A stretch of 63,367 nucleotides of DNA, filler included, from Asterionella formosa (Eukaryota): NCBI GenBank assembly GCA_002256025.1. It is 6 parts of 6 records of this genome, joined end to end, with 100 filler letters (N's around TTAATTAATTAA, not from the genome) between each part and the next. Parts side by side here need not be neighbours in the genome. Positions count along the whole stretch, not along the records: positions 22,496 to 42,230 come from NKIB01003576.1; positions 42,331 to 62,044 come from NKIB01003577.1; 4 more parts are not named here. The stretch is one strand, 5' to 3'. The notes under the pieces are model-generated. The model made no database searches. It was not told the origin of the DNA and was given only the letters and a program-made list of their open reading frames with translations. The position numbers and the translations under genes were made by a program. How positions within the stretch are numbered: position 1 is the stretch's first letter; every line of letters starts with the position of its first letter. This document shows, piece by piece, positions 38,226 through 50,601 of this stretch.

Positions 38226-39996
38226 AACTCGCCACTAGATCATTACGAACTCTGATGGCAGGCACACTGTTGTTCCCTGTCGTAACTTCAATGAAAATTT
38301 CCATCAATTAGTCAATATTCTCCATGAACATCAGGTCAACAATTCCACTTTGTTCAATTCCCCGAAGTGACTAACCTTGTGGAACTCCAGCCAAAACAAG
38401 AAGATTGGACTTAAAGCTGATCCGCAACTGCCTGCTCATGGCAGTTGTCCTTTGGTGAGCAACTATGTCATACAGGCTGTTGAACCTGGCATATCCGCCC
38501 CTTTGCGTCCCAGCCCCCATATCTCTTTCCCTGTCCTCCAGTACCGGTATAAACGTATTTTGGTGCAGGAGTATCATCGTCATGACCTTTCATTATTGCC
38601 TTATACAACCAGACATCCCAACAATTCTCCAAGACCAACAATGGAAAACCTTCGTCAGAAACACTTACTACAATGTCACTGATATGCTTCTTAGCACACT
38701 GTCGTTTCCAAGACAGCTTTCGCCCCACCCTGGAATAAAAGTACTCAACTAGCTAGAAGAAAAAAGGATGATTCTTGCTTGGCTCCTTCTTGTTATGAAT
38801 CACCTCTTTACATGACTTGTCAGTTTATGTCTGTGTCTGTTTGTCTGACAGTACCTGTGCATCTTATTTGAATCATCGTTCTTCTATATCAACTTAATCT
38901 AATCACTCTTTGAACAAACACACTTTCCAAACTCCTTTTGAGCTTGTCAGGTTAGTTATCGGACTCCCTTCCTCCATCGTCTCCTCGTTCATCGACCTCG
39001 TCGATCTCTCTCGTCCCCTCCTTCACTGCGGGTTATGACCCCAAGCTGTTTCCTTGAAAGAAACAATAGTTGCCGGCTAGGGGTTTATCTAACTGGGTGT
39101 CGTGCGGTTCAACTCGTCACTAGATCATTACGAACTCTGATGGCAGGCACACTGTTGTTCCCTGTCGTAACTTCAATGAAAATTTCCATCAATTAGTCAA
39201 TATTCTCCATGAACATCAGGTCAACAATTCCACTTTGTTCAATTCCCCGAAGTGACTAACCTTGTGGAACTCCAGCCAAAACAAGAAGATTGGACTTAAA
39301 GCTGATCCGCAACTGCCTGCTCATGGCAGTTGTCCTTTGGTGAGCAACTATGTCATACAGGCTGTTGAACCTGGCATATCCGCCCCTTTGCGTCCCAGCC
39401 CCCATATCTCTTTCCCTGTCCTCCAGTACCGGTATAAACGTATTTTGGTGCAGGAGTATCATCGTCATGACCTTTCATTATTGCCTTATACAACCAGACA
39501 TCCCAACAATTCTCCAAGACCAACAATGGAAAACCTTCGTCAGAAACACTTACTACAATGTCACTGATATGCTTCTTAGCACACTGTCGTTTCCAAGACA
39601 GCTTTCGCCCCACCCTGGAATAAAAGTACTCAACTAGCTAGAAGAAAAAAGGATGATTCTTGCTTGGCTCCTTCTTGTTATGAATCACCTCTTTACATGA
39701 CTTGTCAGTTTATGTCTGTGTCTGTTTGTCTGACAGTACCTGTGCATCTTATTTGAATCATCGTTCTTCTATATCAACTTAATCTAATCACTCTTTGAAC
39801 AAACACACTTTCCAATCTCCTTTTGAGCTTGTCAGGTTAGTTATCGGACTCCCTTCCTCCATCGTCTCCTCGTTCATCGACCTCGTCGATCTCTCTCGTC
39901 CCCTCCTTCACTGCGGGTTATGACCCCAAGCTGTTTCCTTGAAAGAAACAATAGTTGCTGGCTACGGGGTTTATCTAACTGGGTGTCGTGCGGTTC
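38226..39996. repeat. Near-identical 885-bp tandem duplication (38226-39110 / 39111-39996) containing a frameshifted minus-strand ORF remnant
   Basis: Identical ORF sets are offset by 885. The remnant reads VSVSDEGFPLLVLENCWDVW...YT...YGGW / GYARFNSLYDIV, resembling TE-associated hypothetical proteins of diatoms. Confidence 0.93.
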
Positions 39997-40394
39997 ACTT
40001 GTGAACCAGAAGCACCGAGGACAATCATCGTACTTGCTTTTTCGTTTTTCGTTTTGTCACTGTTATTGCTTCAGCGAAATTGTGATACAAAAATCAATCA
40101 TTTCACTGTGACTGGCATCCTTGGTATCTGGATAGACCATCCACGTTCAATGATACATATTAGGGCGGGGCGGACAAATATATTGAGCAAGGTATCACTT
40201 GTGTTTTCGTCATACCAATTTCGACCGTACATACCTACGTAGTGCAATCTACTTCATTGTACAACCGAATCGCTGATCGTCTCATCCACAGCACCATCCA
40301 CGTACAGTAAGCATACCAAGCTTCCGTACAGTGCGTAGGCTACACTACCGGTACTTACTTAATTATAACTGCGTACAAGGTACCAGGTACCCCG

Positions 40395-40600
40395 TACATA
40401 TTCCGCAGTACCAGCTGTACCGGTACTCGAGACTTCCTCAAGTACTCCGAAGCTCCGAAGTATCAGAGTACCTGTTACATACTCCGTACCAGGTACCAGA
40501 TACATATTCCGCCGTACCAGCTGTACCGGTACTCGAGACTTCCTCAAGTACTCCGAAGCTCCGAAGTATCAGAGTACCTGTTATATACTCCGTACCAGGG
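40395..40600. repeat. 106-bp tandem repeat x2 in the probable LTR/leader of a copia element
   Basis: TACATATTCCGC...CTCCGTACCAGG at 40395 and 40501. Confidence 0.9.
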
Positions 40601-40723
40601 ACGTGGTACTGATTACTAGCTGTACTCCGAGTATCAGGTGATACCATTGCGGAAGCATTGATAAGTGGAAGTGACGAATCATAGTCTCTACACATTCTTT
40701 TTTGGTTTACTCTTCTTATCAGG

Positions 40724-42230
40724 ATGTCGTCTCGGCAATCGACATACACCCGAACTACGAGCGACCATGACCATGCTACCCAACGTGCTCGTACAACACG
40801 AACAACAACACCACCATCTGCACTCCCCAAGCACCCCCGACATTCCACACGCCTTCATGATACTTTCCCATGTTTCGCAGACGTTTCTCCTACCAGCCAA
40901 CAACATCTTTTCCGTGGTTCGGATCGCCAGCTGGCATCTTTACTCGAGACACTTGGAACCCTTTCTGCAACATCACGTGTCCACTCAGTGGCTCCTACTA
41001 ATCCTACTATGCGTAAAGTCGTACCTTACCCTATGACGATCAGCATACAATCTGACCCGCTTCATGATCTTATCACGACACGTGGTCGACGCCGTAATTC
41101 CTACCACCGTATCTCTCTTGAAGAGCGATTCAATACTGCCCCCCACAGTCGAGTCTCTATGACTCGAAACATACCTTTGGACGCCCGCTCTACTTATAGT
41201 GGCCAACAGTATGATACTCTTACAGACGGGAATACTGTTGATACTCATACATCTGTTCATCTCCCCTCTTCCCCTACTCCCACGTTACCTGTGGAGCTAC
41301 TCAATAACATTGAATCCTGCATACAGTCTTACGTAAAGGAACGGTTAAATTTAAATACCATAACACACGACGGCCGTTATTCTATGCACCCTGTGGAAAA
41401 TTACCATGTCCGCCGAGGTATGCAGCCACCACTTCAGTCCTCTACACTTTGTCCTTCTTTGTCACACCAGCATCACGAGTCATACAACAATATTGATCCT
41501 GATCCAGGTGACGATTGTCCTTCTTTGTCACACCAGCATCACGAGTCATACAACGATAATGATCCTGATCCAGGTGATGATCCACCAGAATCCACCTCAT
41601 CTGACCAGTCTCATTCCAACAGTGAAGCTCACCCTCCATTTAATGATCATCTTGCTGCCTACAATGAAGATAATCCATTCTTACCAAGATTCCGCCCCAT
41701 TCCAGCTACAGAAGAAGAACTCACGGACTATCTCAGAAATCTCCACATCCGCTCCTTGCATTGTAATTCTAATGCTCCTGATGTTGCCTGGTTCCAAAGT
41801 TCAACCACTACTCTCCTTGGTCCCTATGGTGGTCAATATGCCCAAATTAGTAAAACATTCACAAAACTTGTTACACTTTATTCCGCACACTTCTTTGCAT
41901 GGTATAATACACTTTGCGCAGCCTTTAATTCCACAGGATTTCACATGGATTTGCTCCCAAAAGTCATTGACATGGTCTATGATGCTGACCTCCGAGATTC
42001 TCCAATTGATGGTGAGCTTCTTGAAGGAATGCGCATCAAATTTGGTCCCAAAGTGAACATTGTCAATTTAGCAAAATTATCTATTCTGCTCTCAACCATG
42101 GCAACATACTTCCACTTCACCAGGGTAATCAAGCTAAGGACATACTTGAGAAATATAGCCCCACTGGAGATGGATTTGGTGTGCTTCAAGATTTTTTACT
42201 CTTATTTCACCCTGGTCTGAGAGATAATCA
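40724..42230 (+). mobile_element. Gag-like ORF of an LTR retrotransposon, frameshifted near 42050 and truncated by a gap
   Basis: Long Pro/Ser/His-rich ORF with a 66-bp internal duplication (CPSLSHQHHESYN..DPDPGDD x2). An alternate frame continues GDGFGVLQDFLLLFHPGL, like the DG[FY]..L..L....HP.L motif of diatom copia gags. Confidence 0.6.
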
Positions 42231-42371
42231 NNNNNNNNNNNNNNNNNNNNNNNNNNNNNNNNNNNNNNNNNNNNTTAATTAATTAANNNNNNNNNNNNNN
42301 NNNNNNNNNNNNNNNNNNNNNNNNNNNNNNATGACGATCCATCGGGCATTTCAGTTGGTGATCAACTTGCC

Positions 42372-42547
42372 ATGGCGCAAGTGTTCATTGAGTTTAATGG
42401 TGTGTTGGCAGAGCCGCAATTTCGAGAGAAATTGATCACCTTTGGACTCACCCCAGCTCAAGCAGATATCGTGATAGAGAATGGGGCGGTCTCAGCGAAA
42501 TCTTTTGCACGCCTTTTCGATAAAGATGCTTTGGACAAACTCTTTCA
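42372..42547 (+). mobile_element. Possible N-terminal gag fragment fused to satellite 2
   Basis: Protein-like start MAQVF...FREKLITFGLTPAQADIVIENG, which switches abruptly into satellite sequence. Confidence 0.3.
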
Positions 42548-45500
42548 ACCAATTCATTGTCAATTTCTATCTAGCATAGTATTAGATTTACAAGAGATCA
42601 ATGCAGATATTTCGAATGTCGAAATGCTCTCTCAGAACGAACATACCTTGATCAAACTGGTCATCAGGATGGTGTGTAAATATTCGGTACTTGTGGCGTG
42701 ATCATTATTGCAGAAGCAACAAAAATTCCAAACAACCCTTCTCAACCAATTTAAGGCCGATTTCTATCTAGCATAGTATTTGATGTACAAGAAATCAATG
42801 CAGTCATGTCGAATGTTGATATGATCAGAACGAACACATATTGATCAAAGGAGGCATCCGGATGTGTAATTTTTCGGATGCTTGTGGACTGATCATCAGT
42901 GCTGTGGCAACAAAAATTCCAATCCATCTTTCTCCACTAATTTAATTCTAATTTACATCAATCATAGTATTCGATGAACACGACATCAATGCCGTCATAA
43001 TGAATGTCGTTTTACTAAGAACAAACATATTTTGATCAAATTGTTCATCACGATGTGAAATAAATTTTCGGTGCTTGTGCACTGATTTTAAGTGCTGTGG
43101 CTACAAAAATTCCAAACCATCTTGCTCCACCATTTTAAGGCTGATTTCTATCTAGAATAGTATTCGATGTACACGAGATCAATGCCGACATGGCGAATGT
43201 CGATATTCTTAGAATAAATATATATTAGTTGAATTGGTCATCAGGATGGTGTGTAAAATTTCGGTGCTTGCTATGGACTGAACATCAGTGCTGTGGCAAC
43301 AAAAATTCCAAACCATCTTGCTTGCTCCACCAATTAAAGGCCGATTTATATCCACCATAGGATTCTATGTACATGAGATAACTGCCGTCATTTCGAATAT
43401 CGATATTCTCAGAACGAACATATATAAATCGAATTGGTCATCAGGATGGTGTGTAAATTTTCGGTGCTTGCTGTGGACTGCTGCATGACCAGTGCTGTTG
43501 CAACAGGAATTCCGAACCATCTTGCTCCACCATTTTAAGGCTGATTTCTATCTAGCATAGTATTCGGTGTACGCGAGATCAATGCCGTCATGGCGATTGT
43601 CGATTTTCTCAGAATGAACATATATTGATCAAATTGGTCATCAGGATGGTGTGTAAAATTTCGGTGCTTGCTGTGAACTGAACATCAGGGCTGTGGTTGC
43701 AAACATTCCAAACCATCGTTCTCCACCAATATAAGGCCGATTCATATCCGGCAAAGTATTCGATGTACACGAGAACAGTGCCGTCATTTCGAATATCGAT
43801 ATTCTCAGAACGAACATATATTGATCAAATTGGTCATCAAGATGTGTAAAATTTCGGTTCTTGTGAACTGCTGCATGACCAGTATTCCAAACCAACATTC
43901 TCCACCAATTTAAGACCGACTTCTATCAAGCAAAGTTTCCGATGTACAAGAGATCAAAGTTGTCATGGACAATGTCGATATTCTCAGAACGACTATATAT
44001 TGATCAATGGAGGCATCAGGATGAGTAAAATTTTCGGATGCTTGGGACTGATCATCAGTGCTGTGGCAACACAAATTCCAAACCATCTTTCTCAACCAAT
44101 TTAAGGCCGATTTTTATCAAACATAGCATTCGATGTACAAGAGATCAATGCTGTCATTTCGAATGTCGATATTCTCAGAACGGACATGTATTGATCAAAT
44201 TGGTCATCAGGATTGTGTATAAATTTTTGGTGCTTGCTGTTTACTGCTGCAGCGGAAATTCCAAACCATCTTGCTCAACAATTTTAAGACTGATTTCTAT
44301 CCAGCCTAGTATTTGATGTACACAAGATCAATGTCTTCATGGCCAATGTCAATTTGCTCAGAACAAATATAAATTGATCAATGGAGGCATCAGGATGTGT
44401 AAGTTTTCGGATGCTTTTGGACTGATCATCAGAGCTGTGGCATCAAAAATTCCAAACCATCTTTCTCCACCAATTTAAGGCCGATTTTTATCCAGCAAAG
44501 TAACACGAGATCAGTGCCGTCATGTCGAATACCAATATTCTCAGAGCGAACATATATTGATCAAATTGGTCATCAGGATGTGTAAAATTTCAGTTCTCGT
44601 GGGCTGCTGCATGACCAGTATTCCAAACCATCTTTCTTCAACAATTTAACGCTGCTTTCTATCAAGCAAGGTACTCGATATACACGAGGTAAATGTCGTC
44701 ATGGAGAATGTTGATATTCTCAGAACGAACATTTATTGATTAAATTGGTCATCAGGATGTGAAATAAATTTTCGTTGCTTGTGGACTGATCATAAGTACT
44801 GTGGCAACAAAACTTGTTCCATACCTCCTTTCTCCACCACTTTAAAGCCGACTTTTATCCAACATAGTATTTTATGTACATAAGAGCAATGCTGTCATTA
44901 TGAAGGTCGATATTCTCAGAACGGACATATATTGATCAAAGGAGACGTCAGGATGTGTAAATTTGCTGTGCTTGTGGACTGATCATCAGTGCTGTGGCAA
45001 CAAAAATTCCAAAACATCTTTCTCCACCAATTTAAGACCGATTTCTATCCAGCATAGTATTCGATGTACACGAGCACAGTGCCGTCATTTCGAATATCGA
45101 TATTCTAAAAACGAACATATATTGATCAAATTCGTCATCAGGATGGTGTGTAATATTTCGGTGCTTGCTGTGGACTGCTGCATGACCAGTGCTGTTCCAA
45201 CAAAAATTCCAAACCATCTTGCTCCATTCAAGGATGATTTCTATCCAGCATAGAATTCGATGTCCACGAGATCAATGTCGTCATGGACAATGTCGATATT
45301 CTGAGAACGAACATATACTGATCAAAAAAGGCATCTGGATGTGTAAATTATCGGATGCTTGTGGACTGATCATCAGTGCTGTGGCAACAAAAATTCCAAA
45401 CCATCTTTCTCCACCAATTTAAGGCCGATTTATATCCAGCATAGTATTCGATGTAGACGAGATCGATGCCGTCATTGCGAATGTTGATATTCTGAGAAAG

Positions 45501-45730
45501 AACATAAAAGGAGGTATCAGGATGTGTAAATTTTGTAATTTTCGGTGATGGTGGACTGATATGATCAATGCTCTAGAAACGAAAATTCAAAGCCATCTTT
45601 CTCCACCAATTTAAGGCTGATTTCTATCCAGCATAGTATTCGATGTACAAAAGATCAATGCCGTCAAGGCGAATGTCGATATACTCATAATGAACATATA
45701 TTGATCAGAAGAGGAGGCATCAGGATGTGT
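42548..45730 (+). repeat. Satellite 2: ~180-200-bp unit, ~16-17 diverged copies
   Basis: TTGATCAAA and variants, usually followed by TTGGTCATCAGGATG or GGAGGCATCAGGATG, recur at 42648, 42841, 43032, 43626, 43821, 44000, 44191, 44374, 44557, 44932, 45122, 45701 and elsewhere. Confidence 0.95.
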
Positions 45731-45994
45731 AGATGGTGATTGTGGCACTTCTCATTTTTGATTTCCTAGTAGCATAGGATGTGCTAGTATGCCGTGATGA
45801 TAGTTAGTACATCGCTCAGCAGGGGCGCACCAAAACTCAAAGCTATTATTTTCTACCAAATTGCATCCATCTACTAAACTGCTAAGAGTTTTATTGGTCA
45901 AGTCAGACATCAGCAAATAGTTTTTGGAGTGCATTGACTGGTGTACAGAAAAGGTGCGAAATATTGCAAAAAATACAGGTTAGCTATGATGGAG

Positions 45995-46892
45995 TGGTTG
46001 AATTCAATGAAGTTGATAGTCCTCATCTCCTTGGCCCTTGCCTTAACAACCAATTTGTTATTGCTACAGTTATCAATATAGATGCAATCTAGCCGATCGG
46101 CAAAGAAGAATGTCATTGCGGCACATCTCAATTTTGACTCACTATGGCAACCTACAATGAATGTTAAAATATGCAACAGCTGTTTCTTAACGAATGTACA
46201 AATTAAATTGTTGTCAGCTACTCATACTTTGCTTTTTTTCTATATTGTACTTGCCAAAGTTATTGCTGTAGACTATTTGTAGCCGATCCGAGAAGGAGAC
46301 GGCCATTGCGGCACATCTCATTTTTGACTCACTATGGCAACATGCATTGAATATTAAAAATATGCAACAGCTGTTTCTTAACGCATTTACGAATTAAATT
46401 GTTCTCAGCTACTCATCCTATCCTTCTTTTTCTATATTTTACTTGCTAAAGTTTTCGCTGTAGACTATTTGTAGCTGCTCCGAAACGGAGAAGGCCATTG
46501 CGGCACATCTCAATTTTGACTCACTACGGCGACGTGCATTAAATGTTAAAATATGCAACTGCTGTTTCTTAACGAATTTACGAATTAAATTGTTCTCAGC
46601 TACTCATCCTTTCATTCTTTTTCTATATTGTACTTGCGAAAGTTATCGCTGTAGACTATTTGTAGCTGCTCCGAAACGGAGAAGGCCATTGCGGCACATC
46701 TCAATTTCGACTCACTACAGCAACATGCATTGACTATTGAAAATATGCAACTGCTGTTTCTTAGCGAATTTACGGCTACTCATCCGTTCCTTCTTTTTCA
46801 AAATTGTACTTGCTAGAGTTATCGCTGTAGACTATTTGTAGCTGATCCGAAATGGAGAAGGCCATTGTGGCACATCTCAATTTCGATTCACT
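45995..46892 (-). repeat. Satellite 1, second array in inverted orientation (~4.7 copies)
   Basis: GCACATCTCA recurs at 46121, 46311, 46503, 46694 and 46870. It is the reverse complement of the 36685-37590 unit. Confidence 0.95.
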
Positions 46893-47859
46893 TCGGAGAC
46901 ATGCAATCATGCTCAACGATGCTCACCAATGAGGACCAATGATGCTTTATTTCTAATCTGGCAGGCTATTGTAATCTCTACAATCAACAATGACTAAACA
47001 ATGTGTCTACAACATCAACAACTACTACTTGTGCTGAATTCTACTGTGTGAATCTTCCTCTTGCATGTGTTGCTAATTGCCAGTTGGCTTGCTACCATTC
47101 TTAATGGAAGCAACAATCAAGCATGAGAGCACAGGTAAGTAATATGCACATTGCCTGCTCATACGGAAATTGGAGTGACGGATTGTTCATGTGATCGATT
47201 CATTGCACATATCTACGTTTAGATGCCTTGCTTACTTGATGCAACCGTTTTGCTAACATTGCTGTTATTATCTCTTACAGGAAAGTTGTACAAGAACATT
47301 GGAGAATGTGACTTGCTGCCATTCGCAATTGTAGATGTTCGAATAAAGCATCATCAATTTCGTTTACTCTCTCATTTCATTTTGAAAAGGCAATGATCTA
47401 AACATAGCTACCGGAAGTGAAAATTGTGGTATTGAAGACCACTGTGTGCTCGTTCTGATAGAGGATGCATAGTGGAAATTATGGGTGACCAGAAGTAGAA
47501 TATTTGAGTATTAAATAGCAATTAATTTAATTCGATTTGTGTTCATCATTGATCGAACATGATAATAGATTTGATCAATGAGAGAAATAAGTTAGATCAG
47601 TAGTAATGAATGTTAGATCAAAAGCTAAAAATCCTATTTGATATTAGCATTCCAAAGGTTAGACCGAATGAATAACTGATTTGATCTCACGAGTACTATC
47701 TTCAGATCAAACACCAAAACATTAGTTGATATCAATCAGTTTTTTGTTTGATCAATCAGTATCAGTTTTTTTGTATGATCAATCAAAAAATAGTACGTCA
47801 TACTGAGAATTTTTGGGGCAATGGGTCTTACAGCAAAACTGTTTGGCCTAACGGTTTTT

Positions 47860-48439
47860 TAATGTACAGACGATGAGTGTAATTGTTATCATCTTTGTTT
47901 CGTTTCTGTATGCGGCGATTTTAAAGTGAACACAAATACAATGAAGTTGTTGTAGCGACATCTGTTGAATGAGCATGTCTTTTATCATTGTCAAAGACCC
48001 TTTGTTGTCAATGAAAAAATCAGTAGGAGTGATATGTGCAACCCACTGGTCATCCTGTTTCCTTGCTGCAGAGTAAGTTTCATTGTCCAAAGACAATTCA
48101 AATGATGCCATTGTGCAAGTCATTTACAAGTGATGAAAAGCGTTATTCCATGAGTAGCTAGTGATAATAATAATTGCTTAGAATCCCTCCTCCCAAAATT
48201 CATTTCTGTTGTTGCTGTTAGAGATAAAAATGTTTCTTTGTTGATTAATTTAATTACATGTTAAATATTAATTTTATAAAATTAGTGTTAACGCTGTATC
48301 TGCAGCGATACACACAGATACACATTTTGGAGCAACAAAAAATGTGTTGCTGGAAGCAACATATCACCGGATATGTGAGATACAAAAAATTGGGCCAAGC
48401 AACAATTTTTGATTTTTGTATCTCTGTTAAGATTGGCCC
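47860..48439 (-). mobile_element. Truncated DNA-transposon end, copy 1 (Harbinger-like terminus)
   Basis: Inverted homolog of 62324-62870. The shared sequence stops at GGGCCAATCTTAACAGAGATACA. Confidence 0.65.
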
Positions 48440-48631
48440 TTTTTTAACTGTTGGTATCTTGGTGCAACCTGTAAATTTTTCAATAGGTCCACCATACTAT
48501 GCTTCATCCAAAGATCCTGGGTTTGTGTGCTTTAAATGTCTTCTTCATGTTCATTCTGGCTATCAAAAGGTTTAGCTCTGAAAAACGTTAGTCCATAATT
48601 TAAAAATGGATCTATAAGGTAATCTGACATG

Positions 48632-49657
48632 TCATCCTTTATTGTCTAGTCCCCTACTTCTGAGGAATGCGTTCTTGATGTTTTGTTTTTCCAATATCTT
48701 CTCGATTGCATTTGGAAGTTCGTTTAATCTCGAAATTTTTTCACTCACGTCCTTCATTCCCTTGCTGCCCAATTTTCGTCGACTGTTTGCATGTCGAGGT
48801 GACAATGTAGACCAGGATGGCTGACCACCTGCTGATACTTGCGAATCAGTCGACTTCTTTAACTCTTCCAACTCAATCCAAACTGCATGAGCTCCATTCC
48901 GGCTTGACCCCCATACATCATTCGCCAAGCAATCTCCGACATGACACCAAACATGTGAATTCACGGTGAGGCTGCGTGGGTAACGTTCGTGGTATGCGGC
49001 TATGCAGGCTTTGAAAATTCCTTTTTGAGGCTTCCTCTCTGGAAAGATTTTATCGTCTTCACCGCTAATGCAAAACTCAAAATAGGGTGCAAGAGTCGAG
49101 TTCATAAAGAGTGGATTGCCGCGCCCATTCGTAATGGCAGCGATGCAAACATGTGGATATTTCTCCTTAATCTTGTTCAGCATGTCAATGGCACCCACGA
49201 ATAGGTTACGCTCCGCCGAACGATGTCGTTCGTCCAACCATGCATTGTAAATATCGTGCACCAAATCATAGTTGACCACGTCTCCAGGCATCGAAAAGAA
49301 CTCCAACTCCTGCTGAATAGCCCGCTTTCTCAGTTCTGTATATGTCATCCTTCGTTTGGATTTACGCTGAATCGCCTTGGTATGGCGGAGAATATTTGTG
49401 TCTGTGGCTTTGGGGTAGCCAGCTGCGTGAAAGGCTTGAATCATGGCAACATCAGCATCAAACACCACAGACATGACCGGGAAGAGAGTGTCGTCCAAAT
49501 CAAATGTGAGCAGCGCCAATTTGGGTGTTTCCTCCTCGGATCCCGTTGTGCTGTAAAGTGAAGAAGATGAAGGATATGTTCTAACTCCAAATTGTGGACT
49601 TAAGCCAGCCACTGCCGTCGAAACTGACAACAACAGAACCACGGAAATACCAATCAT
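48632..49657 (-). CDS. HAD-superfamily hydrolase/phosphatase with N-terminal signal peptide (341 aa from ATG 49657)
   Basis: Motif I FDLDDTL, motif II ITNG, motif III RKP and motif IV HVGDCLAND are present. MIGISVVLLLSVSTAVAG is followed by a Ser-rich stretch (possible bipartite plastid presequence). 49657 is the only ATG before motif I. Confidence 0.92.
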   Translation of the reverse strand: MIGISVVLLLSVSTAVAGLSPQFGVRTYPSSSSLYSTTGSEEETPKLALLTFDLDDTLFPVMSVVFDADVAMIQAFHAAGYPKATDTNILRHTKAIQRKSKRRMTYTELRKRAIQQELEFFSMPGDVVNYDLVHDIYNAWLDERHRSAERNLFVGAIDMLNKIKEKYPHVCIAAITNGRGNPLFMNSTLAPYFEFCISGEDDKIFPERKPQKGIFKACIAAYHERYPRSLTVNSHVWCHVGDCLANDVWGSSRNGAHAVWIELEELKKSTDSQVSAGGQPSWSTLSPRHANSRRKLGSKGMKDVSEKISRLNELPNAIEKILEKQNIKNAFLRSRGLDNKG

Positions 49658-49676
49658 TCTGAGTGCTCCGGTAGAG

Positions 49677-50116
49677 CTATCCAAAGAAGCTCTTTTTGGC
49701 GTTTTCTGCTAATCTGCGTGCGCGTTCGTCGCTTCGACAAGCTTTGTAATTGTCGTAAAATGGTTGACAAGCGCCTTTGTTGTCGTAGTTTTCCTGAATG
49801 CACTCCAGCGAACGCCCGTATTCGAGACGACAGTCAGTGGCAAGCTTTTTTGCGATTTTGAAGTAAATAGTAGACTCATATGTGTGAGGGAAAGGGGAGA
49901 ACTGACGGAGAACACGAACGCAAACATAAACATGTTCGAAACATACTGGCGGCTCCTAACAACAAGTACAAAGGCGGGAAAGCTACCAGTACTAACCTTG
50001 GAGTTTTGCTTTCCATGCGAGTCGAACGAGGGTCTCAAGGGCTGACCTGCGTTATGCTGGTTAAAGTCTGTTGCAATTTTTCCCTTATTCGCTGCTGTTA
50101 ACTCTGATGAGGACAT
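49677..50116 (-). CDS. COX23: Twin CX9C mitochondrial IMS protein, COX23/CHCHD7-like (95 aa); complement(join(49677..49844,49997..50116))
   Basis: Exon 1 (MSSSEL...KQNSK) ends at a phase-0 GTTAGT donor. The intron 49845-49996 has a CTCAC branch-like site and an AAG acceptor. Exon 2 reads LATDCRLEYGRSLECIQENYDNKGACQPFYDNYKACRSDERARRLAENAKKSFFG*, i.e. C-x9-C-x10-C-x9-C. Not in the ORF track. Confidence 0.85.
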
Positions 50117-50601
50117 ACTGCATCCAATTTCGAAAATAGTGAACAAATGATTTATGGCAGCATCTTGATGTGGTTGTCGTGGACGAATTACAGCTAAACC
50201 CGACTTTTTGTGTCAGCAAGCAATGGCGTCAGCCAGATCGATCGGCGGTCAGTAGTGGATCTTCAGGCGTGTGTATCCGAGATCACCATATCGTCATTTC
50301 GGCAATTTTGCCGCAACTTGCATGTACCAGGTACCTGGTACCTTGTAACAGGGTACCAGGTACATGGTACCAGTACCACCATCTATGGTCGTCCGTGTAC
50401 TTGACGTGTACTGAGTACCTGGTACCTGGCACCAGGTACTGCACGGTATTTGGTTTTGTTGATGACTGATTGGTTTGCTTTCTTTGCACTTACGGAGGAC
50501 AGCAGCATCGCATACCGGTATGCACCCTGGGTGGTGTACTCGTACCCTGGTACCAGGTACCTACTCCAGTTTATCTACCGGTACAAGTGCGAAAATTGAC
50601 G

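Noticed and set aside
42548..45730. Possible CRISPR array or coding repeat
   Set aside because: Whole units are repeated with no unique spacers, there are no cas genes, and frames contain stops. It is a satellite.
49658..49684. TTG start for the HAD gene (and TTG 50932 for the NRPS-like gene)
   Set aside because: Eukaryotic context; the first ATGs (49657, 50941) are used instead.
49709..50146. 145-aa minus-strand ORF from the track
   Set aside because: It is exon 1 of the CX9C gene read through the intron and then out of frame through exon 2.
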